The position numbers were made by a program, and so were the translations under genes. A DNA stretch of 64,000 nt, taken from NCBI GenBank assembly GCA_964016885.1, contig OZ024746.1, positions 64,480,001-64,544,000 on the forward strand. Direction: 5' to 3'. The DNA comes from Eledone cirrhosa (taxonomy: Eukaryota). The notes beneath the pieces are model-generated. The model was not told the origin of the DNA. It saw nothing but the letters and a program-made list of their open reading frames with translations, and did not search any database. This document shows, one piece after another, positions 51,969-64,000 of this stretch; positions within the stretch are counted from its first letter, which is position 1; each line of letters starts with the position of its first letter.

Positions 51969-54253
51969 AATGATATTGTTTCTGTAAAAGAATAAGACCC
52001 ATTAGAAAATGCATTTCTGTATTTCTCCCCACACTCCCCACACTCCCCCCACCCAGTCGAAGAAACATAGAACTGGCATCATGGTTAGAAGGATTTTGGT
52101 CATAGTCTTTCCATATCAGGGCTAACCTGGAGTTAAACTAGAAAACAACATCATCAACTTCGCCCCATCCCCCTGTCACTTACTCTCTTCTTTTCACCTT
52201 TCCTTTTTCATACAGCTGTTCTGACTTGAAGAAAACATTTTGCTGTTTGTTGCTTCTATACATGTAAAGGTTACTGATTTCCAACATCAGTCAAAGAAGA
52301 GAATACATCTCTCTTCTCCTCTCAACCCTCCATTCCTCCCATTATATTCAGTTAATTACAACTTGCAGCATGTTTTAAATATATTTTTAGGCTGATCTGT
52401 AAATTCCTGTCAGTAGTCCAGCACACAATGGAGAAAGCTGGAGAAGTGCTGTTGGTATGTGGGGTGGTGGGTGAGGTGGGTGGAGAGAGAGATTTCATGA
52501 TTTTGAAGTATGTTTTACCAGCTATATTTCATATTTCCTTTTGTGGCATTCAAGAAAAGATGTTTATTTATTCATTTCTAGTTTTTTAGTTTGAAAAAAT
52601 TTAGAATAATTTTTTTAAACATTTCTTCTTTAAATATATATTTTGAAATATTGTAAGATTATTTTATTTTTTACTTGAGTACTGATATTTTATCCTAAAA
52701 GGTCGCTGTATGTATTAGGGTTTTCTGATTCTTCTTTTTCCCCCTCACAAAACTTATTTTAGAAAATAATGAATTAAAAAAAAACAACATTTTTGAAAAA
52801 ATATTTTATTATAAATAAAGGTTTTATTATATTCAATATAATCACACACACACACACACATATACACACATGCATATATATATGTGTGTTTGTGTATGTA
52901 TATATATATGTGTATATAAGGATATATATATATATATATGTGAATGTATATATATGTGTATATTAGTATATATATATATATATATGTGAATGTATATATA
53001 TGTGTATATTAGTATATATATATATATATATATGGATATATATATGTATATATATTTCAATTCTTACATAAACTTGTAGGAATTTTGAAATTGGTTTTAG
53101 TTGAGATACCTGAAGCTAATTTATATAGGATGTTGTTAGTAAATATACAAGAGAAGTGATGCCAATGATTGTATAACGTTACACTGTATGGTTAGGAATG
53201 GATATAGTGAGATAGAGAGAGAAAGAGAGATGGAAGGAAAGAGACTGATAAACAAATTAAATATAGATAAGTTTTTATGTTGGTTCTACTATATATCTTT
53301 CTCTCTCATCTATATTTCCACATTACCCCCTCCCTAGTTTTCCATGTTAAAAGATATAAAGTTACTAAATGTAATTATTATTGTTATTATTATTACTTGT
53401 GGTGTTATGCTTGCTGTTTTGTTGGTTGTTTTTCTAATCATATGCACACAGAATTGCATATTTACTATGTCTGCTATGCCCCTGCGTTGTAACTGCTTTC
53501 AAACCACTGTTGTTGTAGAGTGTTAATCTAAAAATCAGTGGTGTTGCCTGATTTCATGAGATTCTTCCCAAAAATAGTTATTGCCAAAGACTCTTAAGTC
53601 TTACCTGATTATACGCAGATGGTAAATCCATCAGATTAGCTAGAAATACCAAATTATATTTTACGTTTGCCTCTATGGTTGTAAGGAGAATGTAAGGTTT
53701 AACCAATGTAAACATATCTCTTTAGAACATAAGTAGTGTAACATATCCTATATTCCTGGGTTTTTTACGTTGTAAATTTTGAAATATAAGCAAATGTCTA
53801 GCACAAACTATTTTCCTTCTGATGGCACTGTTGAAATAATAAATAACAAAAGCAAATTTAAAAATGGAATGAACACAAATAAAATAGATAGTTAATTTGA
53901 GCTTTTGTGAATTCTTTTATATTTTAATAAAAATGATGATAATTATTGTTGTGTAGATACTATTGTTGGAATTGTTTTGCAAATTCTGTCTGTTCAGTGT
54001 CAAAAGTGGTTTACTGACTTGCTTCTGATTAAAACATACATACAAAAAATTAATATATATGTTTGTGTATATGTATGTATATAAATATAAAAGTCATTGT
54101 TGCTATTATAGAATTACATACTTGGTATTGTTCTTGAAATATATTCTAAATTCAAAAGCTCTGTATCCCTTATGTAAATTTATTCTGTCTACATTGTGTA
54201 GTATTTTCTAGTAATGTATGTATATTTCTCTATCTTCTCTGGCTGTCTCTATC

Positions 54254-54460
54254 TGTTCCTTCTCCCTCTCCCTCTACCATTCTCTCTCTGTTCCTTCTCC
54301 CTTTCCCACTCTCTCTCTGTTCCTTCTCCCTCTCCCACTCTCTCTCTGTTCCTTCTCCCTCTCCCACTCTCTCTCTGTTCCTTCTCCCTCTCCCACTCTC
54401 TCTCTGTTCCTTCTCCCTCTCCCACTCTCTCTCTGTTCCTTCTCCCTCTCCCACTCTCTC
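54254..54460. repeat. 29-bp pyrimidine-rich tandem repeat, about 7 copies
   Basis: Unit ctgttccttctccctctcccactctctct. Confidence 0.92.
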
Positions 54461-54489
54461 TCTTTCTCTCTCTGTATGTATGTATGTAT

Positions 54490-55268
54490 CCTAGTACAAC
54501 GTCTCATGGTCGGGTCGTTGGCGACTAAACTGGCAACCCCACCAAGGTTTCTTGGTGAGGAGGGTGACTTTGGACATCCTGCAGGACTAAAAACAAAACC
54601 TGTCAAAGGGCAAAGGAGCTCATAAGAGTCAATGGCCATCCAAAATCACCGGGAGAGATGACCCCTTAGCCTTTGTCAAAGCAGAATTCTAGGAGAAGGA
54701 AAACTCTGATATAACACCTGCAACCCTGATGGTATCCAATGATGTTGACTTGTTCTTCTTTTTGGTAAATATCATCTTGGTTAAGAGAGTGGGACTGGCT
54801 TTGTGCAGTGCCTTTGCTCACTATAAAAGCTTCATGGCACAGGCATTGCTTTATATCTGGAGATCTCTCTGCACTTGTCGTCACATGGTACCATGGGTCC
54901 AGCACTGTATGTCAATAATTTTCACAAGTGTAGTGTTTGTACCAGAGTTTTCAAGTCGCTGGCTGGACTAAAAAGCCACACTCGTTCAGCGCATTGGTAG
55001 GGGTTCTCCTACATGGATATAAAGTAGTGGCCGTACTCGAAAACGAGTTGGCAGCCTGTATGTATGTGTGTGTGTGAATGACAGCCTGCCTGTGCTGGAG
55101 CCATAGTATAAAGTACTTGGTAGAGTGTGGGACCATACGTATGCGAAGAATGTGGGCACCCATCTTGTCTGGGATGTCAGTAGACTTAGTCTGGGATGCC
55201 AGTAGACTTAGTCTGGGAAGACCCATCCAGCCCATGCTAGTAGGGAACATTGAAGTTCAATAATTATG

Positions 55269-55270
<2 letters not shown>
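54490..55270 (+). mobile_element. Bipartite, internally deleted RTE-like element (5' UTR-like part, C2H2 finger remnant, RTE-type tail)
   Basis: ctaggagaaggaaaactctgat motif; HKCSVCTRVFKSLAGLKSHTRSAHW* at 54923-55000; end acccatccagcccatgctagtaggga. Confidence 0.6.
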
Positions 55271-55310
<40 letters not shown>

Positions 55311-55312
<2 letters not shown>

Positions 55313-55816
55313 TAGCTGAGGTACCCAGCTTCACCCAGGTAAACAGATGATAAGAAAAGACCAGTAGAAGAGAAAACAACTGTTTTGGATGCATTGTTTG
55401 GTTTACACTATGAAGTGCGAATGTGGTGTATTCGTTTGACAAAACAAAAACAGTAAATACTCTTTCAGATACACCAAATTCTTCGTTTTACCATCCATGC
55501 GTAGTATATAAAGATTTCTAGGTGTTCCCCACTCATGAACAACGTACATATAACTGTCCATGGGTAAAAACCGATTCTCTCATATTTAGTCCTGCAACTT
55601 TGAGATGCTGACCTTGAGCTTTATTTATGGTTATAGCAAAACTGGCTCTAACAGGGAACTGAAGTTTTTAGAATCTGAATGACAGATCGGTAGAGAAAGG
55701 GATGAGAGGAATCTTGGGAATAAATGGATTTTCTCCTTGATTACCTCCAAGAATTTTGTGTGATACATGAAGGAACCAACCAACCAACAAACATCTCTCT
55801 TTTATATTATATATAG
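55311..55816 (+). mobile_element. Helentron/DINE-1-like non-autonomous element
   Basis: Starts ACTAGCTGAGGTACCCAGCTTCACCCAGGTA, a CpG-decayed subterminal hairpin, right after (TA)n. Ends with (AACC)n/ACAAAC and tttatattatatag. Confidence 0.55.
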
Positions 55817-57103
55817 GTGGATTGGCAGTAGCGGTAGAGGGTCTGATGCCATGCTTTGCAGCAAAGAGTTATGGTCTGGGATAATTGCTGGCCTTGTGCC
55901 AAAAGTAGAAACAATTATATGTAGATTACATAAATATTTTCAAGGTTGAAAGCCAGCAGAAATGGTAAAATGTTTTCACTAAATGATTCATCAGTATTTA
56001 GCTTTGTTCCCCTATATGCTGAGTTCACAACTTACCAGAGGAAAAAAGAAAACAAAACAGTTGATTTGCAAACTTTTAGCATTCATAATATAATAGAGCT
56101 AATTTGATCATTATATTATTTCCATCCTTGAAAATGTTTAACTTGTACTGAGTCAAAAGCAATTGTCCGCATTATTGACTATTGCTGTCAATAATGACGA
56201 CAACAATATTGAACATTATTTTTGGAAGGCTAAAATAAGGTAAAAACTTGAGGTGTGAAATTTGATTCTTCATAGTGGCTGCTGGCTACTTTTTCCTCCC
56301 ATCTATAGGGGTTTTTACCTGCATAGCAATTTCCTCTCTCCATGCCACTGATATTGTCTGAAGTAAAGGCAAAGTCGAGTATAGCTTGGCACCAGTGATG
56401 TCTCAACTCATTTTTTCCCAAAGTGAACTGGATGAATGTGAAATAGTGTCTTGCTCAAGGACATAGTGCATTGCCTGATCAGGAATCAAACTCACAACCT
56501 GACGATTGTAATAAGCCCAATGCTCTAACCAGTCACGTTTGTGAGCTGGAATGAGTTTGGGCTATTTTCAGAATCAAGACAGCTTGGCAAATGTTATCCA
56601 GCAAGGTAAATGTAATTCAAACATGCACCTTATCTAAAATACATCATGATGCCTGCAGTAGAATGTTTGATATTTCAGGACTGAGTTGATTTATGATATC
56701 AACATAACTCAAACATTTAGTATTATCACATTTCATTCCAGTTACCTTAGTATTCCTGTCCGACCAGTTGTAAATGTTGACACGATTGAGTAGTTGCCTT
56801 CATAATTAATATCTGTTCCTTGTTGGCTGTCTGACTTTTTCAATATAAGTAGCTGAATTACCAACCATGATGCTGACATGCCTACAATATAAGCAGCTGA
56901 TCTATTAGTTGTCAAGTGTCTTAGTTTATAAACAAACCACCTTGCCAACTCTCAACCAATCAGAAGCCCCCTTTTCATAAGACCTACAGCTCATAGGTTC
57001 AGAGGAAGTATGCCTGTGTGTTCCCCCCCCCCCCCCCGACCCCCAAGGCTAAACATGGCCCAGATGCAGCTATCAGTCGATTAGGTTATAGTTCAAAAGT
57101 TGG

Positions 57104-58140
57104 ATTCTGATGAGGAGAGGGAACAGGGTGATAATCATTATAATGAGGCAAGGGACCTGGATGATAAACATCGTAATGATAGTGATTATGATGAGGGAGA
57201 AGGTAATAACATTGTAATGATAGTGATTATGATGAGGAGGGAGAAGGTAATAACATTGTAATGATAGTGATTATGATGAGGAGGGAGAAGGTAATAACAT
57301 CGTAATGATAGTGATTCTGATGAGGAGAGAGAAGAGTGTAATAAACATTGTAATGATAGTGATTCTGATGAGGAGAGGGAAGAGTGTAATAAACATCGTA
57401 ATGATAGTGATTCTGATGAGGAGAGAGAAGAATGTAATAACATCGTAATGATATTGATTCTGATGAGGAGGGAGAAGAAGGTAATAACATTGTAATAGTG
57501 ATTCTGATCAGGAGGGAGAAGAAGGTAATAACATTGTAATAGTGATTCTGATCAGGAGGGAGAAGGTAATAACATTGTAATAGTGATTCTGATCAGGAGG
57601 GAGAAGGTAATAACATCGCAATGATAGTGATTCTGATGAGAAGGAAGAGTGTAATAAACATTGTAATGATAGTGATTCTGATGAGGAGAGAGAAGAAGGT
57701 AATAACATTGCAATGATAGTGATTCTGATGAGAAGGAAGAGTGTAATAAACATTGTAATGATAGTGATTCTGATGAGGAGAGAGAAGAAGGTAATAACAT
57801 TGCAATGATAGTGATTCTGATGAGAAGGAAGAGTGTAATAAACATCGTAATGATAGTGATTCTGATGAGGAGAGAGAAGGTAATAACATCGTAATGACAG
57901 TGATTCTGATGAGGAGAGAGAAGAGTGTAATAAACATTGTAATGATAGTGATTCTGATGAGGAGGGAGAAGGTAATAACATCGTAATGTTAGTGATTATG
58001 ATGAGGAGGGGGAAGAAGGTAATAACATCGTAATGATATTGATTCTGATGAGGAGGGAGAAGGTAATAAACATCGTAATGATATTGATTCTGATGAGGAG
58101 AGAAAAGAGTGTAATAAACATTGTAATGATATTGATTTTG
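57104..58140. repeat. ~1 kb minisatellite with variable 39-47 bp units
   Basis: gtgattctgatgaggag(g/a)gagaag(g/agtg)taata(a)acat(t/c)gtaatgata variants, more than 20 copies. Confidence 0.93.
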
Positions 58141-60807
58141 AAAGTGAAAATGATGATGAAATGTACATAGCATTGTAGTGAGATGATAATGTACAGAGTG
58201 TCCCAATAAAGGCACTATGAGCTTAGTGTGAAGACCACAAATATTCAAGAACACGGCAGTCAAAGAGTTAAGGTATGATTAAAAAACGTTACTGCAAGTA
58301 ATCGATTTTATATTGTTGCAACCTTTCTCACTTCAGCAAGTGGGATTAAGAGTTTGTGTGTGTGTGTGTGTGTGTGTGTTTTTCTATGTGTGTGTTAATG
58401 GAGCCGTAAATTTGTAACGTTAATGGTAGATCTAATGACAAGCTTTGTATCTACTATAAAAGTGGCATTAGTATTGGTGGATGCTGATGGGGAAGAATCA
58501 TTGATAGAGATAAATGCACATATCATCACATTGTTTGAACTGTGTCTATTGGTACAGTGTGTGGTGGTAGCAGACAAATGATAAATAACATAAGTATTAA
58601 CATTTTCTGTTCTCTTTTTTTTTTTTTGTTTTTGTTTTTTCTGTTTGTGTTTTATCAGATTGAATTGTATAGTGCTGAATTGAAATGCTGTTTCATTGTT
58701 TCCCCTGTGACAAATAAAGAAATCAGTTGCTTATATTCACTCCCAGGGAGGAGGAAAAACTAGAAATTATCGTTTTATATATTTCCTACTAAGGGAAAAG
58801 ATAGTTCACTGTCTTGATATCTTCTGGCCAATGTGGAAGTGCCTTAAATTAAAACTGGTTTTTGCGATATCTAACAAAAATATATCTTCATAGTTAGACT
58901 TGTTTTACATTTTGCCATACTAACACCGGAAAGTGTTTTTTCTTTTCCTTTTCCTCAAAATCTTTTCTACTGTAAACTCGGTGTCTAGGTTAGATATTGT
59001 ATAAAGTAGGTGACTAAATATTTTAACTAATTTTATATTTAGTTTTTAATAATGCGTTCATTGTTCACTTGTCCTTCAATTACAGGCATTTAAGATTTGT
59101 ACCAAATATGACTTAACTTTACTTGATCTCTACCTCTTGCTTTCTTTTTAAAGAAATATTAAACAAACTTATAAATGACATCCTATTCGAAGTGACCCAT
59201 TTCAATTTATTAGATGGGTGTTCCAAATTTTATGTTCTTTAAATATTTACGAAGTCAATTTTTGAATTGGTTGGTTGTTTTTAACTTGACAACATACTTT
59301 GTTAACAGATTTCAGTCTGAATGTATCTTGAAAAGTTTTGCTATTCTGTAAGCTGACAGCAGATTTTTCTGAAATAACTTATGTGAAAGACCTCTTGTTG
59401 ATGATAACTGAATGTTAAAATTTCATGTTTGTCAAGGTTATCTTTGTGTGCCATTATTTTGTACATGTATATCATACCTTAAATCTTCTGTTAGAGTGGA
59501 GTGAAAACATTGAAAGTGAATTTCGTATTTTATGACTGGATGAATAATTAACCGAACCAAAAAAAATAATGTTCTTTGAACTATTGTTGTTCATTTGTGT
59601 AATTTTATTAGATTTAATTTGTTTTTCATAATACTTGGTGTCACAATGAGCTGGATTTTATCCTAGTTTTTATGATCTTAAAGATATCTCTTAATCTATA
59701 CAGGTTCTAACTCAATTGCATGTAAGGGTTTAGGTAGGAAAGGGCCATGAGATTCGGTTGCTTTTGCATGCTGGTTGAACAACCACATACAGACTTCCTT
59801 GATAGCTTATCATATTTCAGCTTGTGGGAAAATTATCAGGCAAGCTACTGAAAAATACATTAGTTATGTCATATTCCTGCTGTCTATAGTTACAAATTCT
59901 ACCTTTCTTTAAGGTTTCTTCTTACAGATATGTAGTCTGAGCTATTGATAATTGTCTTCATTGCATATGGTGTGCACAGCACCATTGAAAGGTTACAGAT
60001 CATTGATCTTTTGGCCATTAAGGTAACTTCCATCACTTTGATTCTTTATCATTCTGGGCAGAGGAATAAGGCTTCACAATCAAGCTTTTGAAATGAAGAT
60101 TATTTATTATTATTTCTTTTAAGGCAGTGAATTGGCAGAGTTATTAGAGTGTTGGATAAAATTACCTTGTAATATTTGTACCAACTCTCTGAATTGTGAG
60201 TTAAAATCACACTGAAGTGAATTTTGTCTTTCATACTTCCATAATCAATTTTTCCCTGTCCTGTAAATTTCTTCTCTTGTGCCTGTGTGTGAAATCATTA
60301 TGATTTCTTTTAATCAGACACAAGGCACATTCCTGTAAGGGAAGAGGAGTGTAGTAAATCAAATTTCTCTTCCCTTCATTATGTTTCATGATAATTATTT
60401 TATTGACTCTGCAAATATGAAAGCAAACTTGATCCCGATGAGGCTTGAATTCAGAATATAGAAGCATGAAACTAAATACTGTAAAAATCTTTCTTTATTC
60501 CAGTGCACAGTTGAAAAGATAACTTTGAAGATGGGGAAAAAGATATATCAAATCATAGCAATATTATAAATAATATATTGTATTATTAATGAAGTTTTTC
60601 TTTTTCCTTTTTATGAGTATTTATAATAAAGATTTATATGATAAAATATATAAGATCAAATGGTTGAATTAAGGTGTGCTAAGTTTTATTAATTATTGCT
60701 GTCTGAATAAGATTCAATGAAATGTGTAGAAAAGCTAAAAATAGACAATTGTTGTTGTCGGACCTCTGTTGTTTCTGATGAATGTTCCAATTGATTCAAT
60801 CAATGAT

Positions 60808-61105
60808 AAGTGTATAAGAGGGATAAACTGTAGTGTGCGGGAGAGAAGACTGCATTGGTATGGACATGTGATGCGCATGGATGATGACCACTGGGTAAAG
60901 AAGTGCCAAGAAATACCAGTGGAAGGAAGACGCAATAGAGGAAGACCACAAAAATCATGGGCAGAGGTGGTGAGAGCTGACCTTGGATTGCTGAAGCTCA
61001 TGGAGGAGATGACGAAGGACTGAGACGAATGGTGAGATGCTGTGCTGAAAAAGACCCATCCCACCCTTACAAGCAAGGAAAAGCAGACGTAAAATGATGA
61101 TGATG
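60808..61105 (+). mobile_element. RTE family A 3' fragment
   Basis: IRGINCSVRERRLHWYGHV..GRPQKSW and a gacgtaaaatgatgatgatga tail. Confidence 0.88.
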
Positions 61106-63052
61106 AAGTGGAGCTTTCCACGCATACACACATACCCATAACATAATTCTCAGGGAGGTTCTGCATGACACAATGTGTGACAAGGTTGACCCCTTGAATT
61201 ACAGATTCTACACATATTTGCCAGCTGAGTGAACTGAAGCAATGTGAAATAAAATGTTTTATTCAAGGACACAATATGCAACTCTATCCAGAAATTAAAC
61301 TCTTGTGAGCCCAGCAACTTAATCACTATGCCACATGCCTTCACAATTATACAATTAGATTGTGGAAGTGTCATAGTAATTTAAAAGCAACAAATACTAT
61401 TATATTTATTTCTGGTTTATTAATTTTATAGTTTTCTGTGTTATAAAGTGTGAACCATGTGTATCCTAGAATAGGTACACTGCAACTAAAAGGGTTTGTG
61501 TCTGGAAGAGCATCTGGCTGTAAAGCACTGCCTCAAAGTCCTTTCTAACCTATGCCTACAGGGAAAAACTGCTTAAAAAATGATGTCGATGATACTATGC
61601 ATAAAGTGTCAAAAATTTTGATGTGATGAAGTACAGGAACAAAATTATATGAATCATAGTTGTTATTTCGCACCAAGTCTGCTTTCATCAAGCTGAAATA
61701 TGATCAAAGACAATCCAGCTATGACCATCCCATATTTGTAGGACTACATTATCCGATATATCTTTTCTTTAAGATAGTAGTATGATTTATGTGAAATTTG
61801 GCTGCTATTTCGAGCAGGTCAGTCAATCATCTAGAGGTACAATGATTGACTTGTTATACAATTAGTTTTCCATTATCCAGTCTCATAATAGAGGGTGTTG
61901 GTTAATTTTAGATTTTGTTTTTGGTCTCTATTTCATTTGTAAATATACTGATCACTTAGTGGAGTTTTGCTGTATTTTTGTATACATTTGTCATATAAAG
62001 GTGTGGTTTAAAATCCTCTTGGACCAGATGGTTTGTCTATTTTTACATGTAATGATTACTCCTTAATATTCTACCAACTCATTTGGGGAATTACTTCATT
62101 AAACATTTAGGCCTGATGCTCAGATAATTCTGTCCCTTATTTTTGCTATCTTCTTTCTAAGTAGATGGAATATTTTTTTCCATTTTTTTTCCCTAGTTTT
62201 TAACATTTTTCCTTTTCTTTTTTTTCTCCTCACTTAGATGTTCTAAACTACTGGCTCTTTCCATTTCCTGATATAGGAGGACAAGGTCATATCATTATCA
62301 TCATCATCATCATTATTATTTAACACCTGTTTTCCCTGCTAGCAATGTGTACATTTATATATATTTATGAAGAGAAATTCATACATACATGCACACGCAC
62401 ATAAACATACACACACACAAATGGACATAAAATGGTGATGATGATGGTGATTATATACTTTTACACACACACACACATATAGTGTTAATGAATTAATGGC
62501 ATGGAACGTATAACTAAGCAACTATCAGTGACATCTATTGATAAAGTCATTGATTTTTTCCTCCCCTTTTATTTTCATATGCTGAAGAAAATCCAATCAC
62601 ACATTTGCTGTTTATGCATTAGGTATTTGACTATCCCATACATAAGAAAGAAGAGCTACACATTATGATCATTACTTTTCTGGAGGCAATGCTGAGTATT
62701 TTTGTTTGACAATAGATTGATCTGCAAATACAAAAAACAAGTGGTTAGCTTCAGTTTTTAAGTACATATGTATAATAGTATGTTGTTTTTTACTGTAGTT
62801 GTTTTTTAAAATGAATTCTCTAACCCTCTATTTAATATTATATTACAAATTTGGTTTTACTAATAAAAAGGTTTTTCATTTTAAACTAGCAAATACTTAG
62901 TGTAGCTACATTGATATGCTTTCTAATGTTATACATACTCATTCACACACATATACATATACATAAATAAACACATACAAACATCCACATATACATACAT
63001 ACATACATAGACACAAATACAAACATCCACACAGCCATATACATACATAACC

Positions 63053-63091
<39 letters not shown>

Positions 63092-63399
63092 CTTTCTTCC
63101 CTCTTGCCGTATGTTTTTTATAAAATTATCTTACTTTGTGAGCCTCCTTTATTGTTCATTATAAGTATTCAATGATCGAATGTTCAAAATATTGATTTAT
63201 TTTTTCCGAGTAAGCTTAAGGCCAAATTGTGTTTATAAGTGAGTGAGAGAAAGATGAAGCATGCAGTGTTACAACTACTTATTTTATTTACTGTAGGAGG
63301 AGGGGTAAAATTATTCTAGAAGTTAGAGGGACAAAATTTCCTCCAGTTCACAGCCATCAAAATATTGTAGAATTTATAAGAGATAGGAAATGAGATTGT

Positions 63400-63680
63400 A
63401 TGCGGCATTAAACTGAGTATAAGAGGAGTCAGATGTAGTGAGCTAGAGAAAGTTGCATGAACATGTAAACTATATGAACAATGATGATTGGATGAAGAAG
63501 AGCCAGAATGTTCAAGTGGAAGGAAGCTGTAGAAGTGGAAGACAAAAGATGATGTGGGCTGAAGTGGTGACAGTTGACCTCATGATGCTAAACCCCCCCA
63601 CAAGGGAGATGACATAGAAAAGAGGTAAGCTGTAATGGAAGGAACTAGTCTATCCTATGTAAGCATGGAAAAGCAGACAT
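63400..63680 (+). mobile_element. Degenerate RTE 3' fragment
   Basis: Decayed similarity to family A (aaactgagtataagaggagtcagatgtagtg..caagtggaaggaag..gaagtggtga..agcatggaaaagcagac). Confidence 0.65.
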
Positions 63681-63845
63681 GGATCTTGGCTTTCTTATTA
63701 GCAAAATAAATGAAGTTAAACAATTACAATCATCAAATTTATTTTATAGATTTGTTTTGCTTTCAGTTAAATCTTTTCCTGTGTAACACATAGAGCAAGT
63801 GTTTTAGATTTCTTACAATATATATGTATATATATATATATATAT

Positions 63846-64000
63846 ATGATGGCTGCAACTTGATTTCGAATAATGCCATCACTTGATACTTAAGCATGAG
63901 CATCACAGACGTGGCTTTTTAGCCCTGCTAGGGACTTGCCTATAGCCAGCAATACGATGCATCACAAAAAATGTCACATATGAAGTGATGCCTGTGCTTG
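63846..64000 (-). mobile_element. Family X copy running off the window end
   Basis: atatgatggctgc..gccat..atgcctgtgc is the reverse complement of the pattern at 42583-42678. Confidence 0.55.

Noticed and set aside
56940-57060. CCAAT-box (aaccaatcag) and C-run as a promoter
   Set aside because: A single short motif with no supporting start site or downstream exon.
57104-58140. Repeated CTGATGA as tandem hammerhead ribozymes
   Set aside because: No GAAA core and no pairing stems; it is a simple minisatellite.

Overview
This is AT-rich, CpG-poor animal DNA dense in microsatellites, not prokaryotic. The repeat complement (tRNA-derived SINEs, RTE LINEs with (GAT)n tails, long (TA)n/(CA)n tracts) looks like an octopus/coleoid cephalopod genome; that assignment is inferred. 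The only convincing host coding sequence is a 39-nt phase 0-0 exon at 31427-31465 (+, VDPKACNPRTANK). It matches the end of RRM1 and the linker of DAZAP1/Hrb27C(hrp48)-type hnRNPs. I found neither neighbouring exon, so the window is probably two introns of more than 31 kb each. Mobile elements: one nearly intact RTE LINE (APE-RT-PHD-like, one nonsense codon), several truncated RTEs of two families, a Dong/R4 fragment in (TAA)n, Tx1-like and CR1/L2-like remnants, a Penelope-like remnant with a hammerhead-like motif, two or more SINE families, hAT, Tc1, TTAA-type and Helentron-like non-autonomous elements, and many minisatellites. Most listed ORFs are repeat or antisense artefacts. Best leads: candidate alternative, poison and micro-exons around the hnRNP exon; inverted repeats bracketing it; a chimeric SINE with tails from two RTE families; a SINE sharing its 3' end with a Tx1-like LINE; a tandem array of SINE heads; and a covarying RNA stem in an RTE-5'UTR-like family. 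All calls were made by eye, and repeat boundaries are approximate.
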